The notes beneath the pieces are model-generated. The model saw nothing but the letters and a program-made list of their open reading frames with translations. It did not search any database and was not told the DNA's origin. Positions 28,661-38,950 of a stretch of DNA of 64,000 nucleotides are shown one piece after another. Numbering within the stretch: position 1 is the first letter of the stretch; each line of letters starts with the position of its first letter. This stretch comes from an uncultured Actinomycetes bacterium (GTDB lineage Bacteria; Actinomycetota; Thermoleophilia; RBG-16-64-13), in assembly GCA_963706025.1 (NCBI GenBank), contig CAVPLM010000008.1, forward strand, positions 128,001 to 192,000, given 5' to 3'. The position numbers and the translations under genes are program-made.

Positions 28661-29986
28661 TTAAGGCTCCACCAGCTTCAGCCCCAGCCTCAGTCCCTCC
28701 ACGTTGGTGGCGGCGGCTTTCTCGTCCTGAAGACGCCGTGAGGCCTCGACGAAGGCTTCGGGCGGATAGAGATCCTCCGCACTGAGGACCGCGCCCACAC
28801 CCACGGCGGCCAAGGCCAGGTGATGCACGCTCTTGGCCGTCTCTTGGAAGGGCAGGTACGTGACCTGAGCGCGGGTGCTCACCGTGCCCAGCTTCTCTTC
28901 GACGAACAACCGGGTGGTCGGCGGGAAACCGGCCAGCTTCCTCTCCAGGTAGCTGAGGCCGTCCCGGGAGAGGATGAGGCCGATGTCCGGGACGTCGACC
29001 CCCGTGTAGAGGATGGGATCGGGGGACACTATGACCTCCGCCACCGAGTAGCCCGTCCTCACCGTCACCGGGTAGTCGTCCTTCTGGGTGGCCTGCAGCC
29101 CGCTCAGTATGGCGCCGGCGCCGAGCACGGTCGCAGCCGAGCGAATCTTGAGGCCGGCTGATCCGCAGATGAGGATCCCGCGCCGCTCCTTGAGGGAGCT
29201 CCGGACTACCGGGTCCAATCCCACCCCGGGGGCAGGCTTCGCGATCTGGGCGCCGCGGCTCTGCTCCCGGTAGGCCCAGCTGAACTCGGGCCGGCCGTCC
29301 CGGCGCACGACCCCGGGCGGCATCTCCAGCTCCTCCATCATCCGAGCCATGGTCTCCCGGTTCAGGGGATGGCGACGGGCGAAGTAGGCGACACACACAT
29401 CCCAGATATCGACCAGGGCGAAGCCCTCGGTCGCCACGGCTTCGGCCACGACCTCCGCCGCGTCGTCGGACACCACGCTGGTGCGGGCCAGGAACGAGGG
29501 GCGGGCCGGGCGAAGAGTCTCGACGATGTCCAGAGGTATCTCGACGTTCCCCCATGGTGTGGAGGAGGTGACCATGCCCACGGGCGTGGTCACCGACTGC
29601 TGCCCCCCGGTCATGCCGTAGTTGAAGTTGTTCGCGACGATGACGGTGATGCCGATATTGCGGCGGGCGGCTGCCAGCAGGTGCCCGCCGCCGATCCCCA
29701 TGCCCCCGTCGCCCATCAGCACGATGACCTTCAGGGCGGGATTGGCCAGTTTGATGCCCGAGGCGTAGGTGATGGACCGCCCGTGCAGCCCGTGAAAGGC
29801 GTTCGTCCTGAAGCTCTTGTCCACCATGCCGATGCAGCCGATGTCGGTGACCAGCACCACCTGCTCGGGGGCGTAGCCCAGGGCCTGCAAGGCTCGGTCC
29901 AGGTAGCCGGCGATCTTGCCGTGGCCGCAGCCGGGGCAGAAGGTGGTCGGCAGGGTGTCGGGGCGGAAATACCCGCTTTCCGTCAT
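28661..29986 (-). CDS. 2-oxoacid:ferredoxin oxidoreductase beta subunit fused to a gamma-like domain
   Basis: FCPGCGH, DIGC, HGLHGR, GDGG, NNFNYGMTGGQ.S.TTP (TPP-binding), then ICGSAG...YPVTVRTGYSVAEV gamma domain; ATGA-coupled to alpha. Confidence 0.9.
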   Translation of the reverse strand: MTESGYFRPDTLPTTFCPGCGHGKIAGYLDRALQALGYAPEQVVLVTDIGCIGMVDKSFRTNAFHGLHGRSITYASGIKLANPALKVIVLMGDGGMGIGGGHLLAAARRNIGITVIVANNFNYGMTGGQQSVTTPVGMVTSSTPWGNVEIPLDIVETLRPARPSFLARTSVVSDDAAEVVAEAVATEGFALVDIWDVCVAYFARRHPLNRETMARMMEELEMPPGVVRRDGRPEFSWAYREQSRGAQIAKPAPGVGLDPVVRSSLKERRGILICGSAGLKIRSAATVLGAGAILSGLQATQKDDYPVTVRTGYSVAEVIVSPDPILYTGVDVPDIGLILSRDGLSYLERKLAGFPPTTRLFVEEKLGTVSTRAQVTYLPFQETAKSVHHLALAAVGVGAVLSAEDLYPPEAFVEASRRLQDEKAAATNVEGLRLGLKLVEP

Positions 29987-31137
29987 AGCAGCCCCCCTCC
30001 TTCGAGTATCTCTGCAGGGGTCACAAGATCGGTGTTCATCTTGCTTACCGGGACCACCGCCAGCGGGGCTGCCAGCTTTCGCACCTCTTCCACATATTGG
30101 CCCAGGTTCATTTCCGGGACCAGCACCCGTCCATCCGCGGAAAGCGTCCCCAGGGCCTCCTCGATGGCGTGCTCCGGGACCGGGTAGAGGGTCTTGAGGA
30201 CCAGCAGGCTCACCCGCCGCCCCGCCTTTCTGGCCAAGGCCGCCGCCTCCCGCGCGGAACGAGCGGTCACGCCGTACGCCACGATGAGGGTATCGGCGCC
30301 TTCCTGGAGATCGAACTCGTAGCGGGCGAGGGGGGGTGCATAGTCGATGATCTTCCGTTGGAGGTGCTCCATCATCTCGGCGATGATGTGCGGGTCCTTG
30401 GTCAGGAACCCGGCCTGGTCGTGCATGCTCGTGGTGTAGCGCACCACGTGCGGGCCCCCAAGCGGGCTGAAAAGAGGCACATCGGCCGGTCGCTGGAACC
30501 CATGGGGAACGAAGCTCTGGTCGTCTGGGGCGAGGGTCCGCGACACCAGCGGTGGTGCCTCGCGCCGCACTTCCTCCAGGTCGATGCGCTCCCTGAGAAG
30601 GCCGATCTCCTTCTGGGAAGCCAGTATGACCGGAGTCCTGAACCGCTCCGCAAGGTTGAAGGCTTCGATGGTGAGGACATAGCATTCCTTCACGTTCTCG
30701 GGCGACAGCACGAACAGTGGCAGCCCCCCGGACGTGCCCCAGCGGAGGAATTGGATGTCCCCGTCGGCCCCTTGGGTGGCAGACCCGGTAGCAGGACCCT
30801 GGCGCTGTACATCCACGATCACGATCGGGGTCTCACCCATGATGGCGAGCCCGATGTTCTCGGAATACAGGCTCATCCCGGGCCCCGAGGTAGCGGTCAT
30901 GACCTTGAGACCGGCCATGGCCGCCCCGATGCACATCCCGATGGAGGCAAGCTCGTCTTCGGCTTGAACGGCTACGCCGCCCACTCTGGGGAGCTCCCGG
31001 GCCAGGCCGGTGAGGATAGAGGTGGCCGGGGTGATCGGGTAGCCGGCGAAGAACCGGCAGCCCGCATCGACCGCCGCCCGAACCACCGCGTCGTTGCCTT
31101 CAAGGAACTCGATCATACCGCGGCTCTTGGTGTGCAA
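29983..31137 (-). CDS. 2-oxoacid:ferredoxin oxidoreductase alpha subunit
   Basis: GNDAV, FAGYPITP, QAEDE, TATSGPGMSL, QRQGPATG, PEMNLGQ. Confidence 0.93.
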   Translation of the reverse strand: MHTKSRGMIEFLEGNDAVVRAAVDAGCRFFAGYPITPATSILTGLARELPRVGGVAVQAEDELASIGMCIGAAMAGLKVMTATSGPGMSLYSENIGLAIMGETPIVIVDVQRQGPATGSATQGADGDIQFLRWGTSGGLPLFVLSPENVKECYVLTIEAFNLAERFRTPVILASQKEIGLLRERIDLEEVRREAPPLVSRTLAPDDQSFVPHGFQRPADVPLFSPLGGPHVVRYTTSMHDQAGFLTKDPHIIAEMMEHLQRKIIDYAPPLARYEFDLQEGADTLIVAYGVTARSAREAAALARKAGRRVSLLVLKTLYPVPEHAIEEALGTLSADGRVLVPEMNLGQYVEEVRKLAAPLAVVPVSKMNTDLVTPAEILEGGGLL

Positions 31138-31385
31138 CTCGTCAAGATCTCGGGGCTGCTGTCGTGAATCCCGGCCCGGTACGGATCGATCCTTCTATCC
31201 ATCCCTGTCCCTTCGATTGCATTCTGGGGGCAGGATAACAGACTCGCCCGTCTCCCCTGGTCAGCAATGCAGCCCGGGGTCACCGCGCGCAGGATTGTAC
31301 TACAGAGCCTCTGTGTCGACCGTCAGCCGCAGGCCCCGCGACCCGGGGCATCGATCCCGTCCTCAGTGCACGTGTGAGGCGACTC

Positions 31386-31712
31386 TTACCAGCGGTTGCC
31401 GCTGTTGTAGCCGCTGCTGCCGCCGCCGTAGCCACCGCCGGAGCGAGGGGCACGGGGCACCTGTTCTTTGGCCACATCGACCTTGAGGGCGCGACCGTCG
31501 AGCTGGGTGCCGTCCAGGGCGCCCTTGGCCTTCTGGGCTTCATCGGCCGAGCCCATCTCCACAAAACCGAAGCCCTTGGGGCGTCCGGAATCGCGATCGG
31601 TGATGAGATTGACCGAGGTCACCTCGCCGTGAGCTTCGAAAGCCGTCCTGATGCTGGCTTCGGAGGTCTCATAACTGAGATTGCCCACGTACAGTTTTGC
31701 TGAATTTACCAC
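31386..31712 (-). CDS. RRM RNA-binding protein with Gly-rich tail
   Basis: RNP2 LYVGNL, RNP1 KGFGFVEM, tail GGGYGGGSSGY; GGAGG RBS before GTG 31712. Confidence 0.95.
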   Translation of the reverse strand: MVNSAKLYVGNLSYETSEASIRTAFEAHGEVTSVNLITDRDSGRPKGFGFVEMGSADEAQKAKGALDGTQLDGRALKVDVAKEQVPRAPRSGGGYGGGSSGYNSGNRW

Positions 31713-32090
31713 TACAGCCTCCATGAACGGAGTTACATTGCGACAAACGAGAGGGAAAGACTGGAGACTGGGCGAGGAGGTTCTGAAGCTCGGCGCTGCG
31801 CCTGGAGAAGATTCCTGTCGAATGCTTGACGGCAGCATAGCACAATGCCCAACGCCCGGCTGCGGAGGCGAGCGAGGGTGGCGGGCCGAGACGATCCCCT
31901 TACCCGTGCGTCTCACTGCAGAAGCACGTGCGTGATAAAGTGACTGCTCAGAAGGCATGTCATCCGTGCTTTCGCGAGCCAGCCGTCTTCTGCCACTTTC
32001 CATCCCGGGTCGATACGAACCCGGAAGAATCACATCACTCCTAGGGTGGGATGTCCCACCTACTCGAACGAAAGAAGAGGGAGACCGCCA

Positions 32091-32363
32091 GTGAGGAGCA
32101 AGAAGGAGGTGCGCTATGTCGTCTCCCGCCTCAAGGACCCCGACGATCTGGAAGGCGAGCGCGAGGCGATCGGCTGCCACCCCTACCTAGATCTTGCCAA
32201 GAAACACGCCGACCGTCTGGGTCCCGGCACCTGTGTCGATGCGGAAGGGGGCACCTACTACTTCGATGGCCCCTATAGGCGGCGCGAGCAATGGCAAGTA
32301 GAGTGGACCAACCGCAACCTCTATCAGGGTAGGAAGGCGAGAAGCCCAGCACCTGAGGTCTAG
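32091..32363 (+). CDS. Hypothetical protein (90 aa)
   Basis: GAGGGAG RBS then GTG; plausible globular composition; family not recognised. Confidence 0.55.
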   Translation: MRSKKEVRYVVSRLKDPDDLEGEREAIGCHPYLDLAKKHADRLGPGTCVDAEGGTYYFDGPYRRREQWQVEWTNRNLYQGRKARSPAPEV

Positions 32364-32551
32364 GACTGACGGAAGAACCAGGTCGCCAGGCCCGACGGAC
32401 AACGACGGTCGCCGTCGCTTCTTCGGTCCGCCCGGAACCGGCCGACCAGCCCCCACCGGATGTTTCGAGGCCCGGTAGAATAGGGGACGCTTGGGGATAG
32501 CGAGTATGCCTTTGCGCTGCCCAGGGTGCGGGGCGAGAAAGGAGTGGTGCT

Positions 32552-32932
32552 GTGGTTCAAGAGCAAGCGGAGCCCGCTGCAGAGAGTATCCTCAGACGGC
32601 TTGAACAGGCGATCAACGATCGTGATCTCGAAGCCTTGGTCGGCTGCTTTCGGGAGGATGTCGTCATTGAGCACCCCGCCCATCCGGCACGAAGCACCCG
32701 GGGCAGGGATCAGGTCTGGCGCAACTGGGCGCCGGTCATGGCTGGGATGGCCGATTTCAAGGCCACGCTCGTGCGCTTTGCCGCCGACAAGGACATCGTG
32801 TGGGCGGAGTGGTATTGGCAGGGCACTCAGGCTGACGGCTCTGCGGGCGATATGGCCGGGGTGATCATCCACGGCTTGGCCGGCGACGAGATCGCCTGGA
32901 CGCACTTCTACCTGGAACCGGTCGACAAGTAG
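32552..32932 (+). CDS. SnoaL-like / NTF2-fold protein
   Basis: AINDRDLEALVGCFREDVV, GRDQV, VWAEW pattern; AAGGAG RBS. Confidence 0.88.
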   Translation: MVQEQAEPAAESILRRLEQAINDRDLEALVGCFREDVVIEHPAHPARSTRGRDQVWRNWAPVMAGMADFKATLVRFAADKDIVWAEWYWQGTQADGSAGDMAGVIIHGLAGDEIAWTHFYLEPVDK

Positions 32933-32963
32933 GGCGCCGGCATCAGGTCTTCGCTCGCCGCGA

Positions 32964-33872
32964 TCACGGTGGGCACTTTGCGCAGATGGATCTGAACTGC
33001 ATGGTGCTTAGATAGCGGTCGCCCCGGTCGGGAAGCACCACCACGATGGTCCCGTGGTCGATCATCTTGGCTATGCGAAGGGCTACGGCAACGGCCGCGC
33101 CCGCCGAAGTACCGACGAAGAGGCCTTCCTTGGTGGCAAGGAGTTTCGTTGTCTCGAAGGCCTCGCCGTCTTCGACCATTTCCTTCAGGTCCAGCTCTTC
33201 CGGCTGGTAGATACCGGGCACCATGGATTCGGTCATGTTCTTTAGCCCCTGGATAGTGTGGCTCATGACGGGCTCAACACCGACGATCCTCACAGAGGGC
33301 TTCACGGACTTCAGATACCTTCCGGCACCCATCAAGGTCCCGGTAGTGCCCATGCCGGCCACGAAGTAGTCGACCTGCCCATTGCTCTGCCGATAGATTT
33401 CGGGGCCTGTGGTCTCGAAGTGGGCAAGCACGTTCGCCTCGTTGTCGTACTGATTGGGCATGTAGTACTTGCCCGGTGAAGCCTGCATGAGCGCATGGGC
33501 CTGGCGGATGGCGCCGTCGATGTTCTCCTTGGCCGGTGTAGGGACCACATGGGATCCGAGGCCCTCCAGAATGAGGCGGCGCTCGGTGCTTACGCACTCA
33601 GGCATGCAGAGTTGTACCTCATACCCTTTGGCCGCGCCGATCATGGCCAGGGCAATGCCCGTATTGCCGGAAGTCGGCTCCAGAATAGTCTTCTCCCTGG
33701 TGAGCTCGCCGCGTTCTTCGGCCCTCGTGATCATGTAGAGGGCGGGGCGATCCTTAACCGATCCTCCCGGATTACAGCCCTCAAGCTTGCAGAGTATCCT
33801 CGTCTTGGGATTGGCAGTGAGATTGACGAGCTCCACCAGGGGGGTGTTGCCGATCGCCTGTAGCAGATTCAT
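32964..33872 (-). CDS. PLP-dependent cysteine synthase family protein (CysM-like)
   Basis: IGNTPLV, NPGGSVKDR, EPTSGNTG, GMGTTGT, PDRGDRYLS; C-terminal CAKCPP. Confidence 0.93.
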   Translation of the reverse strand: MNLLQAIGNTPLVELVNLTANPKTRILCKLEGCNPGGSVKDRPALYMITRAEERGELTREKTILEPTSGNTGIALAMIGAAKGYEVQLCMPECVSTERRLILEGLGSHVVPTPAKENIDGAIRQAHALMQASPGKYYMPNQYDNEANVLAHFETTGPEIYRQSNGQVDYFVAGMGTTGTLMGAGRYLKSVKPSVRIVGVEPVMSHTIQGLKNMTESMVPGIYQPEELDLKEMVEDGEAFETTKLLATKEGLFVGTSAGAAVAVALRIAKMIDHGTIVVVLPDRGDRYLSTMQFRSICAKCPP

Positions 33873-33983
33873 AAGACGCATCTCCGTGTATTCAGCGCAC
33901 TTGCGACCGAGTAGGAAAAATGTCCGGGCTATCTTCCGCCAAACATAGCGCATCTGGGTGGGGATGCTAACAGCGCGTGGCCG

Positions 33984-34260
33984 CTAAGGGGCCTGGCAGC
34001 ACCCGTCCCGGATCTCGATGATACGGTCGACGACCGCGCCGGATTCAGGGTTATGGGTAACCATGACCACCGCGTGACCGCCATCGGCCAACTCACGTAA
34101 CACGGCGAGGATCTGCCTCCCATTGGCGGTATCCAGGCTGCCGGTCGGCTCGTCGGCAAGGACCAGGGGGGATTGTTCACTACGGCGCGCGCGATCGCCA
34201 CCCTGCCCTGCTCTCCGCCGGACAGCGTCGTCAAATGGATCGGGCGTGGACACGCCGCCC
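33984..34260 (-). pseudogene. ABC transporter ATPase C-terminal remnant (LolD/MacB-like)
   Basis: LSGGEQGRVAIARA in one frame and LVLADEPTGSLD...VTHN in another; Walker A absent. Confidence 0.8.
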
Positions 34261-34312
34261 TTGCGAGGGTCTTGCTGGTGCGGCTCGCGAAGTGAGGTTC
34301 GATCAAGGCGCC

Positions 34313-34810
34313 TCAGAACAGATCTAGTTGGCGGTAGATCACCCGGACTCGAAAGAGGTTCAGGGTCTTGTAGATACGGAGCCCCCGGCTCTCGTAGACA
34401 TGCTGAGCCTTGGCCATGATAGGGTCGTCACCGGTGTAGAGCCTCAGGTACCGAGCCCCCGACACCCTCGCCCGCTCGATGGCGAGGTCGAGAAGGCGTC
34501 CGCCGAGACCCGTGCCACGGTGCTCAGGCGATACACAGAACCAGGAGAGCCAGAGAGCCTCGTGGGCGTCCTTGCGATTGCGGTATAGACCTACCGTGCC
34601 GGCTACTCTGTCGTCGTCGTCGAGCGCGACCCAGAAGTCGCCCAGGTCTTTCACACCGACGACCGCGAGCAGGACCTTGACGACCGGCCGGTCACGGCGA
34701 CTCCATGCCCAGAAGAACAGCCGTTCAACCGGGCCCTGACGGGGGAAGACACTGTCTACAAGCGCCTTCGCCTGAGGCAAGGTCACGGCCGTCATCGACC
34801 TGACACGCAT
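34313..34810 (-). CDS. GNAT family N-acetyltransferase
   Basis: FCVSPEHRGTGLGGRLL, AQHVYESRG. Confidence 0.9.
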   Translation of the reverse strand: MRVRSMTAVTLPQAKALVDSVFPRQGPVERLFFWAWSRRDRPVVKVLLAVVGVKDLGDFWVALDDDDRVAGTVGLYRNRKDAHEALWLSWFCVSPEHRGTGLGGRLLDLAIERARVSGARYLRLYTGDDPIMAKAQHVYESRGLRIYKTLNLFRVRVIYRQLDLF

Positions 34811-34968
34811 CGGCTGCCTCCACGTGCCGCTGAACACCAACACGGGGCATAGGTGGTGCCCCACGCACATGACACCAGATACCCGAAAGGCACGTTGTCA
34901 ATGCTTGAGCGCCTCCATGTGCGATGATGCGAAATGCAGTCGGCAGAGAACCGCAGGGAGCACAGCAG

Positions 34969-36603
34969 ATGCTGATCACCCACTTACTCTCGCGCAACGC
35001 AAGGCTCTACGGAGACGAGGTCTGCCTCGTCGAGGTCAATCCTGAGCTAGGAGAGAAGCACGAGGTCACGTGGCGCGAATACGAGCTCATGGAGACCAAT
35101 CCGCACGAGCATTCCCGGAGAGAGATGACCTGGCGCCAATTCGACGATGCCGCCAACCGCTTCGCGAACCTGTTGCTGGGACAGGGCATCGGCAAGGGAG
35201 ACAAGGTCGCGATCCTCATCATGAACTGTCTCGAGTGGTTGCCGATCTATTTCGGCATCCTCAAGACCGGCGCCGTCGCGGTGCCGATGAACTACCGATA
35301 CACGGCCGAGGAGATCGAGTACTGTCTCAAGCTCTCGGAGGCCGGCGCGCTGGCGTTCGGGCCCGAGTTCATCGGGCGCATCGAGTCGATCGTCGACCGT
35401 ATCCCGAAGGTCGAGCCCCGGTTCTTCGTAGGCACTGACTGCCCGACGTTCGCGGAGAGCTACGCCGAGCTGACTTCGGAATGCTCGGCCGAAGCCCCGC
35501 GGATCGAGATCTCGGAAGAAGAAGATGCCGCCCTGTACTTCTCGTCGGGGACCACCGGCTTTCCTAAGGCGATACTGCACGATCATCGCGGCATCATGTC
35601 CTCGTGCGTCACCGAACAGCGGCATCACGGACAGACCCGAGAAGACAACTTCCTGTGCATCGCACCGCTCTATCACACCGGGGGCAAGATGCACTGGTTC
35701 GGCAGCCTTCTGGCCGGCAGCAGGGGCGTGCTGCTACGGGGGGTGAAGCCGGAGTGGATCCTCAGAACCATATCGGACGAGGGGGTCACCGTAGTCTGGC
35801 TCCTCGTCCCCTGGGCGCAGGACATCCTTGAAGCGATCGACCGGGGGGACGTGAGACTCGGAGACTACGAGTTGGGGCAGTGGAGGCTCATGCATATAGG
35901 GGCGCAGCCGGTTCCACCCAGCCTGGTGCACCGCTGGAAGGAGCACTTTCCCGGCCATCTCTACGACACGGACTACGGTCTGACTGAGTCGGTCGGCCCG
36001 GGCTGCGTGCACCTGGGGATCGAGAACATCCACAAGGTGGGCGCCATCGGGAAGCCGGGCTTTCAGTGGGAGACGAGGATCGTCGCCGAGTCCGGCGAAC
36101 CGGTCCCGCAGGGAGAAGTCGGGGAGCTGGCTGTCAAGGGCCCGGGGGTCATGAGGGGCTACTATAACGATCCGGAAGCCACCGCCGCGGTGATGAGGGA
36201 TGGTTGGCTCCTCACCGGCGACATGGCGCGCACGGATGAAGAGGGCTTCATCTACCTGGTCGACCGCAAGAAGGATGTGATCATCACCGGCGGCGAGAAC
36301 ATCTACCCGGTACAGGTGGAGGACTTCCTCCACGGGCACGATGCCATCAAGGACGTGGCGGTAATCGGCCTGCCGGACGAGCGCCTCGGGGAGATCGCGG
36401 CGGCGATAATCCAGCTCAAGCGCGGCCACCGGTGCACAGAGGAGGAGATGGCGGAGTTCTGCTCTTCGCTGCCCCGTTACAAGCGGCCCCGCAGGATCAT
36501 CTTCGACACGGTGCCCCGCAGCGCAACCGGCAAGATCGACAAGCCGGCGCTTCGCCGCACGTATAACGTGGAGAGCATCGTGGAGACGCAGACGCAGCGC
36601 TGA
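34969..36603 (+). CDS. Class I adenylate-forming enzyme (acyl-CoA synthetase)
   Basis: FSSGTTGFPK, YGLTE, TGD, DRKKDVIITGGEN, PRSATGK. Confidence 0.93.
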   Translation: MLITHLLSRNARLYGDEVCLVEVNPELGEKHEVTWREYELMETNPHEHSRREMTWRQFDDAANRFANLLLGQGIGKGDKVAILIMNCLEWLPIYFGILKTGAVAVPMNYRYTAEEIEYCLKLSEAGALAFGPEFIGRIESIVDRIPKVEPRFFVGTDCPTFAESYAELTSECSAEAPRIEISEEEDAALYFSSGTTGFPKAILHDHRGIMSSCVTEQRHHGQTREDNFLCIAPLYHTGGKMHWFGSLLAGSRGVLLRGVKPEWILRTISDEGVTVVWLLVPWAQDILEAIDRGDVRLGDYELGQWRLMHIGAQPVPPSLVHRWKEHFPGHLYDTDYGLTESVGPGCVHLGIENIHKVGAIGKPGFQWETRIVAESGEPVPQGEVGELAVKGPGVMRGYYNDPEATAAVMRDGWLLTGDMARTDEEGFIYLVDRKKDVIITGGENIYPVQVEDFLHGHDAIKDVAVIGLPDERLGEIAAAIIQLKRGHRCTEEEMAEFCSSLPRYKRPRRIIFDTVPRSATGKIDKPALRRTYNVESIVETQTQR

Positions 36604-36767
36604 GTCGCGGCCGACTAAGGCATCGATACCCGTTGCTCCTCGGCAAAGACCTGTTGTAGACTGAGATGCAGGTTCCGCCAGACTGATCGGTAGCCTAGGA
36701 ACTGCGCGGTTAACTGGGGACTACTCGGCTTCGAAGAGGCTCGGACTTCACCTTAGGAGGGAGGGCC

Positions 36768-38432
36768 ATGACCATTCGTCGCACACTGGTTCTCGTTATC
36801 GTCTGCGCGGCGCTGTTGGGGCTGCTCGGGAGCGGGTCGGCCTCTGCCGCTTCCTTCCCCGACGTCCCCAGTAATCATCCCTACGCCTCGGCCATCACCG
36901 CCCTCTCCGCCCGCAGAATCATAAGCGGCTACCCCAACGGGAACTTCGGGCCCGGCGACCTGGTCATGCGCCAGCAGTTCGCCAAGATGATCGTGCTCAG
37001 CCTGGGGCTGGAACCCCTTCCCGCGGACCAGTGCCCCTTCGTCGATGTGGAGTCGAGTTGGCCCTATCCCCGGGGGTACATCGCCGCCGCCGCCCAGAAC
37101 GCCATCACCCAGGGTAGAACCCCCACTTCCTTCGCCCCCTACGCCAACATCACCCGGGCCCAGGTGGTGACAATGGTGGTGAGGGCCTTGGACAACCTCC
37201 GACCCGGCACCCTTGTCGCGCCACCTGCCGGTTACACCGGCACTCTGGGTGACTTCAGCCCCGATCACGCCGCCAAGATGGCCGAAGCCGAATACAACGA
37301 CCTGCTCGAGGGTCTAGTCGCCTTCGGCTCCTCCTGGAACCCCTGGCAGAACGCGAGCCGGGGAGAGGTGGCCCAGATGCTATGGAACGCTCTTCAGCGG
37401 GCCGAATCCTCCAGCCTGCTCGCGGCCGGGGACTGGTATTCACTGGTCATCAGATCCGACGGCTCCCTGTGGGCCTGGGGCAACAATGCCTACGGCCAAG
37501 TGGGCGACGGCACTACCACCGACCGGCGCGAGCCCGCCCGCATCGGCGTCGATGCCGACTGGAGGGCCGTCGCCGCAGGCGAGCAGCACTCCCTGGCCCT
37601 GAAAAGAGACGGTTCCCTCTGGGCCTGGGGATGGACCCAGGGCGGCTTGCTCCTGACACCCACCCGCGTCGGCACCGACAGCGACTGGATGGCAATCGCC
37701 GCCGGCGGGAATCACTCCCTTGCCATCAAGACAGACGGTTCCCTCTGGGCCTGGGGACTGAATACCAGTGGCCAATTGGGTGACGGAAGCTCCGACTCTC
37801 GGCCCGCGCCCATCCGTATCGGGACCGATAGCGACTGGAAGTCCGTCGCTGCCGGTCGGGCCCACTCCCTGGCTGTCAGAAGGGACGGCTCCCTCTGGGG
37901 TTGGGGACAGAACTCCAACGGCCAACTGGGTGACGGCTCCGACGTCCGCCGCTTCGTGCCCACGCGCGTCGGCACCGACAGCGACTGGGTGGCCGTTGGC
38001 GCTGAGTGGTTCCAGTCATTCGCCCTCAAGAGCGATGGTTCTCTGTGGGCCTGTGGAATGAACGATGGTGGCCAACTGGGTGACGGCACCACCACCCACC
38101 GCAGTGTGCCCACCCGCGTCGGAAACGAGTTCGACTGCAGGACGATAGAGGCCGGAAGATACCACTCCTCGGCCCGCAGGTCCGACGGTTCCCTGTGGGT
38201 TTGGGGAGCAAACTACTATGGCCAACTGGGTGACGGTACCACCGAGCAGCGTCTTGTGCCCACCCGCATCGGGACAGACACCGACTGGAGGGCGTTGGCC
38301 GCCGGTTGGTACCACTCCCTCGCGCTCAAGAGCGACGGCTCCCTGTGGGTGTGGGGAAACAATGAGTTCGGCCAACTCGGAGACGGCTCCACCACCGACC
38401 GCCACCAACCCACCAAGATCTTGGAGGACTGA
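36768..38432 (+). CDS. Secreted SLH + RCC1-repeat (BLIP-II-like) beta-propeller protein
   Basis: Signal peptide; N-terminal SLH module; seven repeats of HSLA.K.DGSLW.WG.N..GQLGDG...PTRVG.D.DW. Confidence 0.92.
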   Translation: MTIRRTLVLVIVCAALLGLLGSGSASAASFPDVPSNHPYASAITALSARRIISGYPNGNFGPGDLVMRQQFAKMIVLSLGLEPLPADQCPFVDVESSWPYPRGYIAAAAQNAITQGRTPTSFAPYANITRAQVVTMVVRALDNLRPGTLVAPPAGYTGTLGDFSPDHAAKMAEAEYNDLLEGLVAFGSSWNPWQNASRGEVAQMLWNALQRAESSSLLAAGDWYSLVIRSDGSLWAWGNNAYGQVGDGTTTDRREPARIGVDADWRAVAAGEQHSLALKRDGSLWAWGWTQGGLLLTPTRVGTDSDWMAIAAGGNHSLAIKTDGSLWAWGLNTSGQLGDGSSDSRPAPIRIGTDSDWKSVAAGRAHSLAVRRDGSLWGWGQNSNGQLGDGSDVRRFVPTRVGTDSDWVAVGAEWFQSFALKSDGSLWACGMNDGGQLGDGTTTHRSVPTRVGNEFDCRTIEAGRYHSSARRSDGSLWVWGANYYGQLGDGTTEQRLVPTRIGTDTDWRALAAGWYHSLALKSDGSLWVWGNNEFGQLGDGSTTDRHQPTKILED

Positions 38433-38470
38433 CGCGGTCCCGCCCACTTAGTCGAGTTCCAGCTCGTGCA

Positions 38471-38764
38471 TCAGGTTGGCGATAAGCTGACACTCTTCTC
38501 CGCGCGAGGCCTTGGCCCACGGGTCCCATGCCTGACCGTAGCCCGGCAGACCCCCAGGGGGCCATGGTATTCGGCGATCCGTAGATTGGGAGCGTGTACG
38601 TTGTCAAATTGGCCCAAGACCGAGGAGAACTCGGGAGGCGGATCGGGCAGAGCCTCGGGTTTCACAGCCCGTCCGGCTCTGACCACCATGGTGATCACCT
38701 GGGCCCGAGTGACGTCGGAGTAGGGATCGAAGATCGTCTGCGTTCCCCCCTGCACGCCTCTCAA
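38471..38764 (-). pseudogene. SLH-module fragment
   Basis: FDPYSDVTRAQVITMVVRA...HAPNLRIAEY matches the middle of the SLH module of intact neighbours; both ends missing. Confidence 0.75.
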
Positions 38765-38950
38765 GACGATCGAAGTCGTCGGCGGCTGAGCGACGAGATC
38801 CCGTGAGTGACAAGCCCGATGCCTCCGCCGATAGCTCCCAGCGCTTGACTGGCCAGCAACACCATCGGGGCCCGCACGGTAGGAGGGCGCTTGGTCGAGG
38901 CTTTCGGCACCCGGGTCTGCTCGGGTATCGTTGCGGGTCGGTGCTCCAAG

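Noticed and set aside
36660-36767. c-di-AMP or other riboswitch before the SLH-RCC1 gene
   Set aside because: Only one imperfect stem (GCAGGTTCC/GGAACTGC); no recognisable consensus.
37420-38420. CRISPR-like periodic repeats
   Set aside because: The ~150-nt period is in-frame RCC1 protein repeats; no unique spacers and no cas genes.
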